The translations under genes were made by a program, and so were the position numbers. DNA of 64,000 nt from the human T2T-CHM13v2.0 reference genome, Homo sapiens. Positions 47,748-61,878 of the stretch are shown piece by piece; within the stretch, counting starts at the first letter, position 1, and the number at the start of each line of letters is the position of its first letter. The DNA lies in NCBI RefSeq assembly GCF_009914755.1, contig NC_060935.1; one strand, written 5' to 3'. The notes beneath the pieces are model-generated. The model did not search any database and had not been told where the DNA came from. It saw nothing but the letters and a program-made list of their open reading frames with translations.

Positions 47748-50299
47748 TCTCAAACAACTCACTGAAGTGTCTCAAAGCTGAACAAGTTTTACCAAAATGA
47801 ATCCTTCTCAGTTAACTGATCAAATGGATGAATCCTGACCCTCTGAAGTCTCTTTCCTGAGTTAGAGCAGGGAACTGCTCTGAGTGTTAACTGTTGGATT
47901 CACTGCAGTGTCCTACAATATTTTACAAGAAGATGAAAAGGCAACCTGCAGACCTAGGCTTGATTCCCAAGTCACAGTCTGACCCCTGCTACAGGAGGTT
48001 ACCCTCCTCAGGAAGAGATAGAAATAGGGAATTTGAAGGAATAGTGAGGGGACCAGGGAGATTTGATTGAGTCTGGTTTCCAGGTGAATTAAAAGGAAGG
48101 GTGTCATCCAGGGTTTGTTGCTACAGTCAAAAGAATAAATAAATCAATGAAGAAATACCTTCATTGTCTGTGGTTTTCATGCAGATATACTCATGGAGGT
48201 TGTATCTCTCCAAAAACAGACAAATCCAAGGCTGTGAACAAGCATCCACATTTGAATTCCATTAAACCAAAATCTATGTTGAACGAAGTGAAGTCTGTAC
48301 ACAGCATTGCAAATGTGAACACATTCCTGTGTGAGGCACATCACCATTTGTCAGTTATTGTGAATATGTGTATTTTTAAGCAATAAGATGCAGCTGGTCA
48401 GTTTTCTGGGCAATCTTGGCGAGGCATTTCCTGTGCTGTGGTTGTTCTCTAACCACTGTGAGAAACCCAAATAAAAATCGATCCCCCCCCCAAAACAAAT
48501 ACGTATCACAAAACCACAGTAATCAAAACAACATGACACTTGCACAAAAACAGACACATTGACCAGGGGAACAGAATAAGGAACCCAGAAATAAACTCAT
48601 GCATTTATGACCAAGAAATTTTTGACAAAGGTGCCCAGAAAACGTAATGAAGAATAGACATTTGTTTCAATAAATGGTGTTAAGAAAACTAGATATCCAC
48701 ATGCAGAAGAACATGAATGTGTATGGTGTGTATCCTTATCTCACACCATACACAAAAATCAATTCAAAATGGATTAAAGGTTTAAACATAAAACTGTAAA
48801 ACTACTAGATGAAAACATAGGGGAAAAGTTCCACAATGTTGGTTTGGTCAAAGATTTCTTGGATATAACCCCCAAAGCACAGGCAACAAAAGCAAAAATA
48901 TATGGAATTGCATCAAACTAAAAAGCTTCTGCACAGCAAAGGAAACAATATGGTGAAGAGACAACCTACAAGTTGTGAGAAAATATTTGCAGAGCATACA
49001 TCTGATGAAAGGCTAATCTCCAAATATATAAGGGACTCAACTCAATATCAAGAAAACAAATAACCAAGTCAAAAAATGGGCAAGGTCCTAAATAGACATT
49101 TCTCAAAAAAAATACAAATGACTAACATAAAAAAAGTTTGTCATCCTAATTATCAGGGAAATGCAAATTAAAATGACAGTGAGATGCCACTTCATACCTG
49201 TTAGAATGGCTACTATCAAAATGATAAAAGATAACAAGTGTTGAAGAGGATACAGAGAAAAGGGAACCCTCGTACACTGTTGGTGGAAATGTAAATTAAT
49301 ACTATTATGAAAAATAGATAAAAGTTACTCAAAAAACTAAAACTAGAATTACTATATGATCCAGCAATCCCACTTCCTTGTATATATCCAAAGGAATTTA
49401 AGTCAATATGCTGAAGAGATATCTCCAGGCTCATGTTCATTGCAGCATTATTCACAATACCCAAATATGAAATCAACACAGGTGTCTATCAACTGACAAA
49501 TGGATGAAGAAAATGTAGTGTATATATACAATGGAATACTACTCAGCCTTAATAGGAAGGAAAACCTGATATATGTGACAACATGAATTAACCCAGAAGA
49601 TATCACGCTAAGTGAAATAAGCCAGGCACGAAAAGACAAATATCACATGATCTCACTGATATGTGGAATCTGAAAAAGTTGAATTCATAGAAGTAGAGAA
49701 TGGAATGGTGATTATCAGAGGCTAGGAGTTGGGGGTAGACATGGAAAAGGTAGATGTTGATAAAAGGGTTCAAAGTTTCAGTTAGACAAAGTTTCAGTGA
49801 ACTATTGCACGGAATGGTGACTGTAATAAATAACAAGGTATTGTATGTTTCAAAATGACTAACAGAGTAGATTTTAAATGTTTTCACCACAAAAAAGATA
49901 TGTATGTCAATAAGACAGACCTAATCTTTCCACAATTTAAACATGTATCAAAACATTACATTGTACCCCATAGATACAATTATTATTTGTCAATTTAAAA
50001 TTTTTCACTAATTTATATTGTTATTGTTGCACCAACTCCTTTCCACCAGGCAGATTCTCATAAAGACTATTTTCTCTCTTACATGAAGCATTTCCTACAC
50101 ACCTCTTAATCACGGTAGCATTGACATCATTCCACCAGATTCTATCTCCAGTGTTAAAATAATCAAGAACCCAGAAATCTCCACCAGGGGGCAACCAATG
50201 CGTATCAAAGTTTCCCACTTTCCTTTAGATTTACTTATGGGTAACTTATGGGAAAAAATACTTAAGTACTTCCCTTTTTAAAGAAAAAAATTATATGAA

Positions 50300-50940
50300 T
50301 TCTACAAAATTATGGCAGAAAATTTAAGAAGAGCAGATGCTTCCCAACTCATTCTAAAGGGCCAGCATTACCCTGATTCTGAAATGAAAAAGCTTTACAA
50401 AATCCAAGATCCATTCCTGACTAAAGATAAAAGAAATTTTCAGCAAACTGTGAATACAGAAAACTTTCTCAGCCTGTTAAAGAGTACCTATGAAAAAAAT
50501 TATAGCTAACATTATACTTAATGATGAAATATTTAATATATTTCATAACAGGAACAAGTCAAAGATGTCTGCTCTAACTAATTCTACTCAGCATTCAACA
50601 AAATGAATATAGTGAATTCATACTAGAATTTTAAAAGCAAATGTCTTTATTCACTGACAACATAATCATCTATAAAGAAAATCCTACATAACCTATAAAA
50701 AACTGATGGAACTAATAAGTTTTGCAAGTTTACAGGATATAATGTCAAACAAAGATCTATTATGTGCCCATAAGCTAAGAATAAACAATTGTAAATTGAA
50801 ATAAAAATGTCACTTAAAAGGGCATCAGAAATATAAAACTTAGAGATAAATATAAAGTACATATGCATAAAGTACCTGTTCACCAAAAACTACAAAACAT
50901 TGCTGAAAGAAATTAAATGGGCATAATATAGATGTAGAGA
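50300..50940 (+). mobile_element. Degenerate L1M ORF2 fragments
   Basis: cccaactcattct...gccagcattaccctgat, aactacaaaacattgctgaaagaaattaaa. Confidence 0.65.
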
Positions 50941-51127
50941 TGTGTTGAATTTATGACTCATTTTGAACAAGGAATATATTCATCATATATTCATCAGATA
51001 AGAATTATGTTACAGGTCTAATAACATTCAAATCAATACATAATGTCTCATAGTTCCTGAATCTAAAATATCAAAGAAAGAAACATAAAGCCATATCATG
51101 TTTAACGAGAAGGGCTTATTGTATCAT

Positions 51128-52065
51128 TTATGAGATCTTCTTGTAAATCACTAGCTGTTTGCATACTCTCTTTATTGCTGCCTTCATCTCCTTATTCCTG
51201 AATGTATAGACAACTGGATTCAGAAAAGGAGTGAGAACTGCATCAAAAATAGCCAGAAACTTGTCCATCTGTGAATTAGGGTGTGGCCATGTATACACAA
51301 ACATGGGTGGACCAAAGAACAAAAGGACCGCTGTGCTGTGAGCTGAAAGAGTGGAAAGGGCCTTGGATGAACCACCTGAGGAATGTTTCCAAACAGTAAA
51401 CAGGATGAAGATGTAGGAGATTAGAAGTATGAAGAAAGTACCCACACAGATAAACCCACTGTTAACAGTGACCATGAACTGCAATCTGTAGGTGTCGGTA
51501 CAGGCTAGTCTGAGAAGCCGAGGAAGGTCACAGTAGAAGCTGTCCAACACATTAGGGCCACAGAAGGGTAAATTAACAAGAAATGCCAGTTGGAACAGGG
51601 AGTGACTGACACCAAGGGTCCAGGCAACAGCCAGAAATGAAAGGCACATTCTTGGGCTCATAATGGTCAGATAGTGGAGGGGCTTAATAGGGCCACATAA
51701 CTGTCAAAGGCCATGGCTATGAGCAGCACCATCTCCACACCACCAATGACGTGGATGAAGAAGATTTGAGCGATGCAGCCTCCAAAGGAGATGACTTTGC
51801 GCTTTCTGAACAGGTCATAAATCATCTTGGGAGAAGTGACAGAGCAGGCTCCTAAGTCAATGAAGGAGAGACTGGCCAGTAGAAAGTACATGGGGGAGTG
51901 TAAGTGAGGGTCAGTGGTCACAGAAAACACAATGAGGATGTTTCCAGTAATGCTTGCCACATAGAGCACAGAGGAAAACACTAGGAGGAGGAGCTGGATC
52001 TCCCATGAATGAGTGAGTCCCAGAAACAAAAACTCAGATACCACTGAGTGATTCTCTCCATCCAT
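51128..52065 (-). pseudogene. OR4F: Olfactory receptor family 4F pseudogene (OR4F21/OR4F16-like, frameshifted)
   Basis: [12 protein letters not shown]...LHSPMYFLL...MAFDSYVAL | KPLHYLTIM...FYCD...[22 protein letters not shown]; 938 bp (one short of 312 codons + stop); 1-bp loss between 51686 and 51687 (CTA T-T AAG for Leu-Cys-Lys), early TGA at 51667-51669; exact paralog unresolved. Confidence 0.95.
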
Positions 52066-55000
52066 TGGTCCAGCCAACTGGGCTGTGGCTAAAATTATGA
52101 GAACTAAGAAAATGGGGAGGAAATTGTGATTATGAAGATAATAATATGTACTAAAATCAATATTGCAATGTCACTATGAATAAATAGTATACAGTTATTC
52201 TGTTCCTCACATATTAAAAACAAAAAATCAACATAATATTATCACAACATATGAGCTGCAACCTGATTTAAACCCATCATCAATACTTTCAGTGTAATGT
52301 CTGATCTAAAATTAACAGATTAGGTAAGAACAAGATTCCTGACTATCCATGAAATTCATCAGGTGTTTAAATGACCTGTGATATTAACTATTCCTCATTT
52401 CCAACATATTCCATTTGTACTTATACATATTCTTATAATTTCCTTCCCTTCCCAGTTTGCAGCCACAATTCTCTGACAGAAAGTAGACATAAGAGGAAAA
52501 CATGATTAACAGATGGATTATCACCTGCAGTAAGAGGTGCCTGGGACGGACTTAGTTGAGGTAGGCTGTGGATTGAGACAGAATATAGAGACTGGGGTAT
52601 GTGAAATCGGAAAGCCCACAACTGTAGCAGAACAGAGTAAGTGGACTTTCACAAGAAATAGAATCACCACCATTATCTACCACATTTTCTCATGCTCACT
52701 GCTATTTAAGTGCCTCAGTTTCTATACAATCTTTCACAATTACGAAGCCCTAAATGGCTTCCCATCCTGCAGTGATTTCATAAGGAGCCTATGCCACCTG
52801 TCATGTAAGGCTTTTTCCATGCCTAATAAATATGTTTTGGAGGGATTTCACCAGAGTTTTTGCTAAGATGCATAAAATGGCCACAGAGGTTGTGAGAAAT
52901 CTCTGCAGTTTCTCTTTGTCTATACACATGAAAGTATTGAAGACCAGCACTTGGATTAGTTAAGATAATGTTTTAATTCATCACTGTCTCCTCCTCCCCT
53001 TGGTACCAGCTTTTATGTTCATTGCATTCCCCATCCTTTTAAGTACTCAGTACCTCCTGCATGGTAACCTATTCTGATATTTGATATTATCATGCTTAAT
53101 TTGACTGAATCCATTTGGATATTTTATCTTTAAGAAATTTGTAGTTTTATACTTTTAATTTATGATAAAATTAGATTAATATCAAACATTAACAAGTGAC
53201 TTTTAGGAAGGTATATGAGCTTTCTTATTGACTTCAAACTATAAAGTACAAACTGTGACACTAGAAATTTAGTCCTTTAACACATGTTGTATTTATATGT
53301 GAAGTGGAGGGTGAGCAGAAAACAGTGTTATATTTCTCTGTGTCCAGATGGATACTCACCTCAATGATTTTCCTATAGTAGAAAGTAGTTCCTGAAAACA
53401 CTTAATAGAGATTATTTTAGAAGTTGCTGAGGTACAAATAAAACTGCTATGCTGACATCATACTTTTTTGCACCAACAAGTCCAGTTCTTCTGACACAAA
53501 GGACCATCTTCCTAGTGCCATAATTTATCTTAGACCCCAAAACTCACAGAGGCACACATCATATCTCTAATACTTGCTCACCACCACTGGCATGAGTCTC
53601 TCTCTATCCTCTTCTACGTGAAGTGATTATACTGTCACCTCTGGAGCTAACTGTCCACAGTCTCAAGATGCACACTTTTTACAACCAGAAGCCTATGGAC
53701 TGGGTGAGGGAGCAGAAACAGCCACAGGTACTGCCCATCAGGGTAATGTAAGTCAGCGTGCAAACAACTGATCAGATGAACATGAATAGCAAGGTGCCGA
53801 GGCACTGGGAAGAGGGACCGGAAAACTCTATAATTGTTGAAAAAGACTCAAGCCCTTGGGAAGGGAAATGCCTACGAAATTATATAAAGACCATTTTATC
53901 CAAGTTGGTCATCATTCAGATGAAAACCATGAGGCCCAGAAAAGTAAACTGAGTTTCCAGAATTCACACAATTGATAGAATAGGAACCAGAATTCAGGCC
54001 TCTTGCTTCCTATTCCAGAAAGACAAATTGCAATAATAATCAAATAATATGAGCAATCATCCAGTAAAAATAATCTAGTAAAAACAGCAAAACTCAAAAG
54101 AGTGATTTTTCCTGGTTAAGACCAAAACTAACCATAGATTGCTATACATAGTATCTATTATAAATACTGAATTATGTAGCAGCCTGACAATAAATACATA
54201 AAATGTGTACACAAAGATTATTGAACCTGTACAATACAGTAGTAAATAGTAACTTTATATTTGCAAAGTGACTGATCATTACTATCAGAATTTGTACCCA
54301 TTCTTCATATTTTGTTGGTCATATAACCAGTTACTACAACTGCAAAAACAACCTAAGGTCATGTTTCTGTGAAGTCCATCCTTTTGGTCTTTAAATTTTA
54401 TTATCCTCAAAGGTCAATTATGATCTCAATCTTTTCTTGTAATTTTACTGACAATTCTCCTTCACACTGATTTGTTCTTTCTCTAATTTCTGTAAATAGA
54501 ACCAAAAAAATTTGAAAAAACATGTATTGTACATATAACAAACAATCATATGTGGTATACAATATATATCAAATGAGTATTAAGATAAACATTCAAAGAG
54601 TTTTAAAGAAAAAAGTGTTATAGATATTGGAGGGCAGAAGAGACGATTGCCATTAAGAACAGGTGGAGGAGGTTATGCCAAGGACATTGACCTGACCCTT
54701 TAGGAATTAGTGAAAATTGAATAGGAGAAGAATGAGGTATACAATGTGTGAAAAATACCTAAATTGATATAACAGGAGGAGACCTTTTCATATCAATTAT
54801 CATTACTTCTGTGTATATAACCATATTAGATACCCACAAACGAATAGAAAGTGGATAGTTCTTGATTGACAAGTAAGACTAATAATCCCAGATCATAGTA
54901 AGGTCTTAACTTCAAGTCAATAATCTTTATTACTTATGGTTCATTCCTCTCCCTCATGTTTTCCAATAATTTTAAAATGCATAATTAAAACAATTCTCAT

Positions 55001-55347
55001 TTAAAAACATAGTAGCCATGACTAATGATCTTCCAGTGGGAAGGTACTAAGACTTTACAACATGTTTCTTGCTGGGGATAAGACAGCCTACAGCCAGCAT
55101 TCAACTCATTTTTCTAAAGTCTATGGATCAATTTGAAATACAGAAAAAGTAGAACAGAGATAAAGTTAAAAAAAGATTAAAAATATGGGAAGAATGGGAG
55201 AAAGGGGAGATTAGAAGATATGAACAATGATTTAAAAATAAAAGAGCCTCAAAGGAGAAGAGAAACTGCTAAGCAAGACTAAGGTAGGATGAAATACAGT
55301 AGTCTCTGTTTCTGAGAACACAGGTTAAAAAGAACATAAATAAAATA

Positions 55348-55455
55348 AATTTATCACCTTTAATACACTCATTCAAGGATGCTACTGAGTTTGACTTTGG
55401 GAATTTCTCACCTTTAATACACTCATTTGGGGATGCTACGGACTTTGACATTGGG
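55348..55455 (+). repeat. 54-bp tandem duplication (2 diverged copies)
   Basis: aattt(a/c)tcacctttaatacactcatt...ggatgctac...tttgac.ttggg at 55348 and 55402. Confidence 0.93.
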
Positions 55456-55884
55456 TTGCATTTAAAGGGGGAGAGAAAGGGCAGTTGCTTCTATTATCTG
55501 CCCTTTTGGACTCACAGAGTTTCTTTGAAAAGCACAGATGATAATAAATGGAAATATTGCCTTTTATACTATACAGTAATATACACATGCAATTCACTGG
55601 AAAAAGTATACTTGTTACTATGATTTGAGGATACTACCATATACTAATCAAGAGAAACACATGTACAGAACAAAGAAGGCACATGAAATTTTTACTAGTG
55701 TGTGTTTTCCTTGTGTTCTACCACCCCAGGAGCAGCTTCTGCTACTGAAGATCACAGTAGAGTTATTTCCAAAAGTTGTGGGTCTGCAGGGTGGACTTAT
55801 CACATAGCTGTTTGCCAAAATTCAAAAGTCCAGAAACCATTTCCAAATTTTCACCTCTTTTATCTTCAAATCCTAAAACTATGA

Positions 55885-56047
55885 AAATTCACAAACTTAG
55901 CTCCATACATTATGGTAGAAAGGTTAATACTTTGGACTTTGAGGTTGACCAGGCCTGATTTTTGAATAAATTCACAAACTTACCTCCATACATTATGGTA
56001 GAAAGGTCAATAATCTGGACTTTGAGGTCGACCAGGCCTGATTTTTG
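55885..56047 (+). repeat. 83-bp tandem duplication overlapping a MIR 5' end
   Basis: aaattcacaaactta(g/c)ctccatacattatggtagaaagg...gaccaggcctgatttttg at 55885 and 55968. Confidence 0.93.
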
Positions 56048-56645
56048 GATCCAGGCTGCAACACTCACTTGCTGTGTTAACGTAACAAAGTTCCTAGACC
56101 ATGCTGAGCTTCAGTTTACTTGTTATTGAATTAGGGATATAGCGTTCGAAGGAAGAAGTTCTAGTATTTGATTGCACAGCAGAGAAATTATAGTCATTGA
56201 ACTGGGGATATGTAGATAGACATAATAAATTTTAGTATTCAATTATACAATGGAGAAATCATAGGGAACAATAATTTATTATATATTCTAAAATAGCTAG
56301 CAGAGAAAAATTATAATGTTCCCAACACAAAGAAAAGATAAATATTCGAGGTGATGAATATCCAAATTACTCTGATTTGATCATTACACATTATATACAT
56401 GTATCAAAAATATCACATGTACCCCAAAACATGTACAACTATGATACATCAATAAAAAACAACAAAAAAACCAAAAGAATAGAAATCAAAAATAAATACA
56501 TAAATACATAAAATAGGGATAATAATACCTCCCTTGTTTGCTTGCTCCCTTGCTCCATTTGTAAGAAATAAGTGATATAATATAGGTAAAAATACTTAAC
56601 CTCATACCTACCACATAGTATAGCACAATAAATGTTATTTATTAT
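55990..56645 (+). mobile_element. MIR interrupted by an L1MA 3' end (~56143-56510)
   Basis: cacttgctgtgt...ctgagcttcagttt | aaaatagggataataatacct...caataaatgtta; inner L1MA gatttgatcattacaca...atcacatgtacccc; TSD-like a(a/t)tagggata. Confidence 0.7.
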
Positions 56646-57491
56646 AATCTGAGGCCTACCTACATAAGTGACTTTCAAGTATAGAAAATTATTTCTCAAA
56701 TTTTAAATACTCCCTGATTCTCAGGTATGGTAATTAGACCTGGCTTTAGGTAAAGCTCTCATGTCTACACTTGGATTTAATCACTTAAGTATATTTCCCA
56801 GTGCCCCCCCCAAAAAAAATTGCTCCTAGGTGGACACACTAATCAAAGACTTCCTGAGAAATGCAGGAAGAAGTTTTGTCCTCTGACCACGCTACGCCCT
56901 TTCCTTGATGGTAAGCCCCATAATCTAAAGCCATAAGTTTCAATTCCTCACATAAAAAGAAAAAAAATGTCTTTTATGACCACTTCAGATAACACTGGAT
57001 ATTTCCCTTGTCATTAGGAATGAGAAATGGGAGGAAGGTAAACTTGTAGACAGGAGAATTGGTAGATGCTTGAAAGGATTTCTGAAAACTGTGCCTATCC
57101 AGGTGTACAAATGTGTTGACCAGCCAAGGCAAAGCAGTCAAACCATACAATACCTTATCCTCAGGAAAATGGACTTTTCTCCCAAATTGCCTTTTTCATG
57201 AAAAATATAAAATTCTCCAGTTTCAACCTCATGTTAAATTTCACATGTGAAGAAAACAGTCATGCACATTAGAAAATTAAATGGCGAGTCAAGACCAAAT
57301 TCCTAGTCACAGTTATGTTCTGTTTCCAGTATTACCTTCTCACTTATTCATTTTGTTAAAGTGGAGCCAAAATAGAAGTGGGTGTCACACATCAAGAAAG
57401 ACTGAAGTCGTACAAAGCCGATCCTTATCCAACGTGCATTAAAATATGCATCAGGCATGTGTGATGCATATAGTAGAAGTGGAACAAATCA

Positions 57492-57575
57492 GGCCAGGTG
57501 CAGTGGCTCACGCCTGTCAGCCCAGCACTTTGGGAGGCCAAAGCAAGCAAATCGCTTGAGATCAGCAGTTCAAGA
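57492..57575 (+). mobile_element. 3'-truncated (tailless) Alu 5' fragment with TSD
   Basis: First ~84 nt of Alu; flanked by AGAAGTG(G/T)AACAAATC at 57475-57490 and 57573-57588. Confidence 0.85.
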
Positions 57576-60500
57576 AGTGTAACAAATCCTCTACAATATA
57601 AGTAGAGTGAAAAGAGATAGCTACAGTGATGAGGGAAGGCACTATAGTGATGTGGCATTTGAGTATAGCCATAAAAGAGGATAAATATTACAACACATGA
57701 ATATAGGGTCTAAAGAAGTCTTTTCAAGTAGATTGTAAAATATTTCAAAAATGGTAAGTTTGGTGTATGTTGAAGCATACAGATTGTCTACATCCTAAAA
57801 ATCATTTTGGTGAATAAAGGAAAATAAGAAAGGTAGTCAATATTCATTTGTTGCCTATCATTAGAAACTTCTCAAAGGTATATGAGAATTATTAAATAAA
57901 TTTAGGAAGCCAGTGAAGGTATGGGTCCCGGGAATTGAGGATGAAGCCAGTAATTAGGGAAGATGCCCCATCTATAAGTGTGATGTATCAAATGGAGGAA
58001 AAGAAAAACGGAGGGAAGGAGTTCCCTTAAGAGAAGATTGAAATAGAGCAGACTTGGGGGGCTACACAGAGGAACTGGGACTACACAGTTCCAGCTTTAA
58101 GGCTATAGAAACAGAAATAGAAATACTGGTAAGTAAAAACCCAAAGGATTGGTGACTTATCACAGCTGGAGTGAATACGAAGGAGCATGAACTCAAAGAA
58201 AATATCAAGATTTAAGCACGAATACATAGGACAATGGTAGGTCCATTTTTAGAAATTAGAAAGTTGAACATAAAATATGTCAGGGTGGAGAAAATAATCA
58301 CGTGTATTTTAAGCAAATAAGAGTATTAGATATTGAGATGCTCAGGTGAAAACATATGACAGGATATATGGGGGAAAAGTACAAATTCAACATGTAATTG
58401 TATAGTAATCCATATAAAAATAATAGACGGATGTGTAAGAGTGCATAAGGTCCCTGAAGGAAATAATACACAGGAAAAAAAGATTAAAAAGCAAAGACCC
58501 AACTATAGAAACTATCCACATTGATTATGTAAAGTAGGAAAAGGAATCAATAAACTAGACAGAACATCACAGAGGTAGGAGGACAAGTGCTGGCCTAGAG
58601 GAGCCAACACAGAAGCAGGTATCAAGAATAAAGGAGGAGAAGAGAGAACAAAGAGAGAGAGAAGAGAACTTCTGTGGCAGAAGATCAAGTGGGATGGTAG
58701 AATAAAGGAGAAGAAATACAAGAAAATTGAAATAAAATTTACAGAAATGTTCTACATTGTAAGTGGGCAGTTTTGACCTGGCACATTGTTGGCACACATT
58801 ATAAATGTCAAATGTATTAATGAATGAATGAATGGATAATATAATGAATGTGATGGAGTTGTCAAAAGCTGAATTAATTAAAAGTCCCCACGAGAGGTTA
58901 GATGACAAAATTTTCAGAAACTTTCCATGCCACTCTGTTGTGACATCAACAGTGCTGGACCCTTGAAATCAAACCAAAAGGATTCCACCATAAGAATGAA
59001 AAGGGCTGAGAAGGGGAATGCTGGGTGACACAGAAGGTGACAAAGGGCGAAAGGTTTCTAGGCATTTGATAGACTGATGGACGTCCGAGCTGACCATAAG
59101 GCACAGGCCACACAGGAAGGAAAATGAGACCCAACGCGAAGAAAAGTAGGGCTAAACAGTCGGGAAAATGTGGGAAGAAGGATGAATAGTCATACGATCA
59201 ACTCAGATTCCTCCCTGACATTCTTCTACAGCTTTATTCTCGTCCTTTGGGAGCCGAGATGTTCATTTTCCTACATTCTTAGCTGCCTACACACGGCGAC
59301 TTTTCTCCACGGTGCCTGATCCCTGCTGCATCCTCCTTCTCTAGTGGCAACAGCAAATGGCCACACAGAAGGCAGACATTGCACCCAACTGAGGAGAATG
59401 TAATTCACTCATTGCCAGTCACAGACCTTGGCTCACCGATTTACTAAGTATAGATTTTATTTCTATCCCTCACCTACCTGTTTTGCCAAGGGAACTAAGA
59501 AAAGAGCATCATCAAAAATTCAGATAGGTATAGTTCTCACAAGATGAACCAGATCCAGTACGGCATCACTGCAGACATACACACAGAGCTGCATAAAACA
59601 GGAAGAGAGCTGCTAATCACAGCCCCAGAGGGTAGTGGCCAAAGTGATGCCTTGGAGATCCGAGAATGCCAGACTGAGATCACACGGCCTGGGGAATTAC
59701 CGCCTATGGTCATTTTGGTTTTCCCGGGATAGCCATGTTAATTGGGTGAAATAAAGCATATTTGATTTTCTTATGACAAAAAAGGGCTTTTGCCATTGTC
59801 TACAGATGATACTTTAAATCTTTATTTTATGACTAAAGGTGAATTCCAGAGCAACATTAAATGTTGTCCCTTTAAATTTTTAATCATTTACATAACGATT
59901 ACCATAATATTCAATTTAAACATAAAATGTAATTGAAAGTATGAGATTAATATGTGGACATGAAATCATATAATGTTCCATGGAAAAAATAGAATGTATA
60001 AGGCAAAGAGGTTTAAAGTAACATCAAAACTAACGCTCACTATACAAATTCTATGAAATCCTCATAATTACACTGTGAAGCAGGTGTTGTTAGAGCCACA
60101 TAATCTCAAACAAATTATTTATTATCTAAAATTACATAGATATTAAAAGGTTAGGCCATATATGAATTTAGGATTCTCTCAAAAATTTTTTCTCTTTCTC
60201 CTACATCAAACTTCCCTAAATTATAGAAAAGTCACAATGTTACCAAACATATTCACAAAACACATATAATCTTGAATCCAAATTTCAGTTACAGCAGAAA
60301 AAATAAAACTCTAGATGAATCTCAATCGTGTAAATAAATTCAGATTTCCAATCTAAGAGTCTCAATTTGACATACTTCTTTCTCTCTCTTCTTTCAAACC
60401 AGGAGAAATATAAATATGAGCCACAACCTTACAAAAGCTAGAAAATATTTACAATTCCACACAACAACACATGAAGAAAACCTTCTGGACATCAAAAGTT

Positions 60501-61736
60501 TAAACCAGTCAAGACTGAACACCAAGATAAAGTGCATGCCTCTGAAGAGCTTGAGCTAGTCAAGAAGCCCAGAAATCCCTAAAAGAGGTGTGTATACTGA
60601 GGACTGAGGATCAAAACCTGTGATCTTTACTTGGAACAGAAATATTGCAGCATGTGAACCCTCCACAGAGTGACAGAGGGAAAGGAGTTTAAAGGGAAAC
60701 ATGCAAATGTATCACCTTTGGAATAATTAGGACACGTGTGTGGTGTAATGAAAGAAGGCAAAAAGATGGGGAAGAAGCCAGACAGATGGCAATTTTCATT
60801 CTATTATGAAAAGAAAAGGATAAGTCACAAGTCACATGATGAAATTAACAACTATGAATCCACTCTAAGCCATAGTCAATCCTATAGCCTAGGAGTCATT
60901 CTAACAGATGAGAGTGTTTTGGAGACAAGATTCCAAAACTCGTCTGCCTTCCATCATACTTACTACCCCCAGCTCCTCCTCCACAATATCCTTTCACAAG
61001 TATCTAGAATATTCAAAGACTAATAATATTATATAATTATTTATAATAATTGTATTACAAAAATAAAACTTGATGACCTTTATAAAAATACTAGAAGAAA
61101 AAGGGAAAATTACATAAGGTACAGAACATACAAATTATACCATGAAGCAGTAAAAAACAGGATCAAATTTTCTATGTTTTTTAAAAATATGCCTTCTCTA
61201 AAATGTTTTCTCTCTGAAATGATATTTAGAAGACATAATTGAAAATAAATACAAAATAAAGTGATAAAAAATAATCTGGCAAAATTCAGGATGTAATGAG
61301 TAAAGACAACCATGAAAGAAATGAAGATCAATAAAAGCAGGAAAAAAAGTGGGAAGTGGAGAGAATAATGCTGCTAAAAACACAGATAAGAATATAAATG
61401 ACAGGCTTAAATATATCCTGAGCAAAACGAAATAGAAAACACAAGAAGGTGAAATGTAACATTAAAGTCAGGTCCAACAAATGAGAAATTAGTGTGAAAG
61501 AGCTCACAATATCTGGTTAAAAAATTCAAAGATAAAAGAAAACTTTTCTGAAATGAAGAAAACATTGAATCTAATGGTTAAAGGGCTTATCTTTATCCAG
61601 AAAAAATGTGTTATAGTATGACCACATCAAGGCAGATGCAACTGAATTTACCGGACTTCACAAACACAAAATAAACAACCCACAAAAAAAAAAAAAATAG
61701 AGTCCCCATGAGGCTTTAATGAAGACAACTATTAGA

Positions 61737-61878
61737 GGCCAGGCGCAGGGGCTAACACCTACAGTCCCAACACTTTGAAAGGCCAAGGCAGGAGAATCAC
61801 TTGAGCCCAGGAGTTCAAGATAAGACCAGCCTGGGCAACATAGCAAGACCCCATCTCTATCAGAAAAACTTAAAAAAG
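61737..61878 (+). mobile_element. Alu left monomer (FLAM_C-like)
   Basis: ggccaggcgcag...cttgagcccaggagttcaag...gggcaacatagcaagacccc + A tail; TSD-like aaga(c/a)aactat. Confidence 0.85.

Noticed and set aside
51128-52077. Two separate receptor genes (177 aa and 136 aa)
   Set aside because: They are the halves of one frameshifted OR; the track's 52077 start is a non-ATG codon, and the true ATG is at 52065
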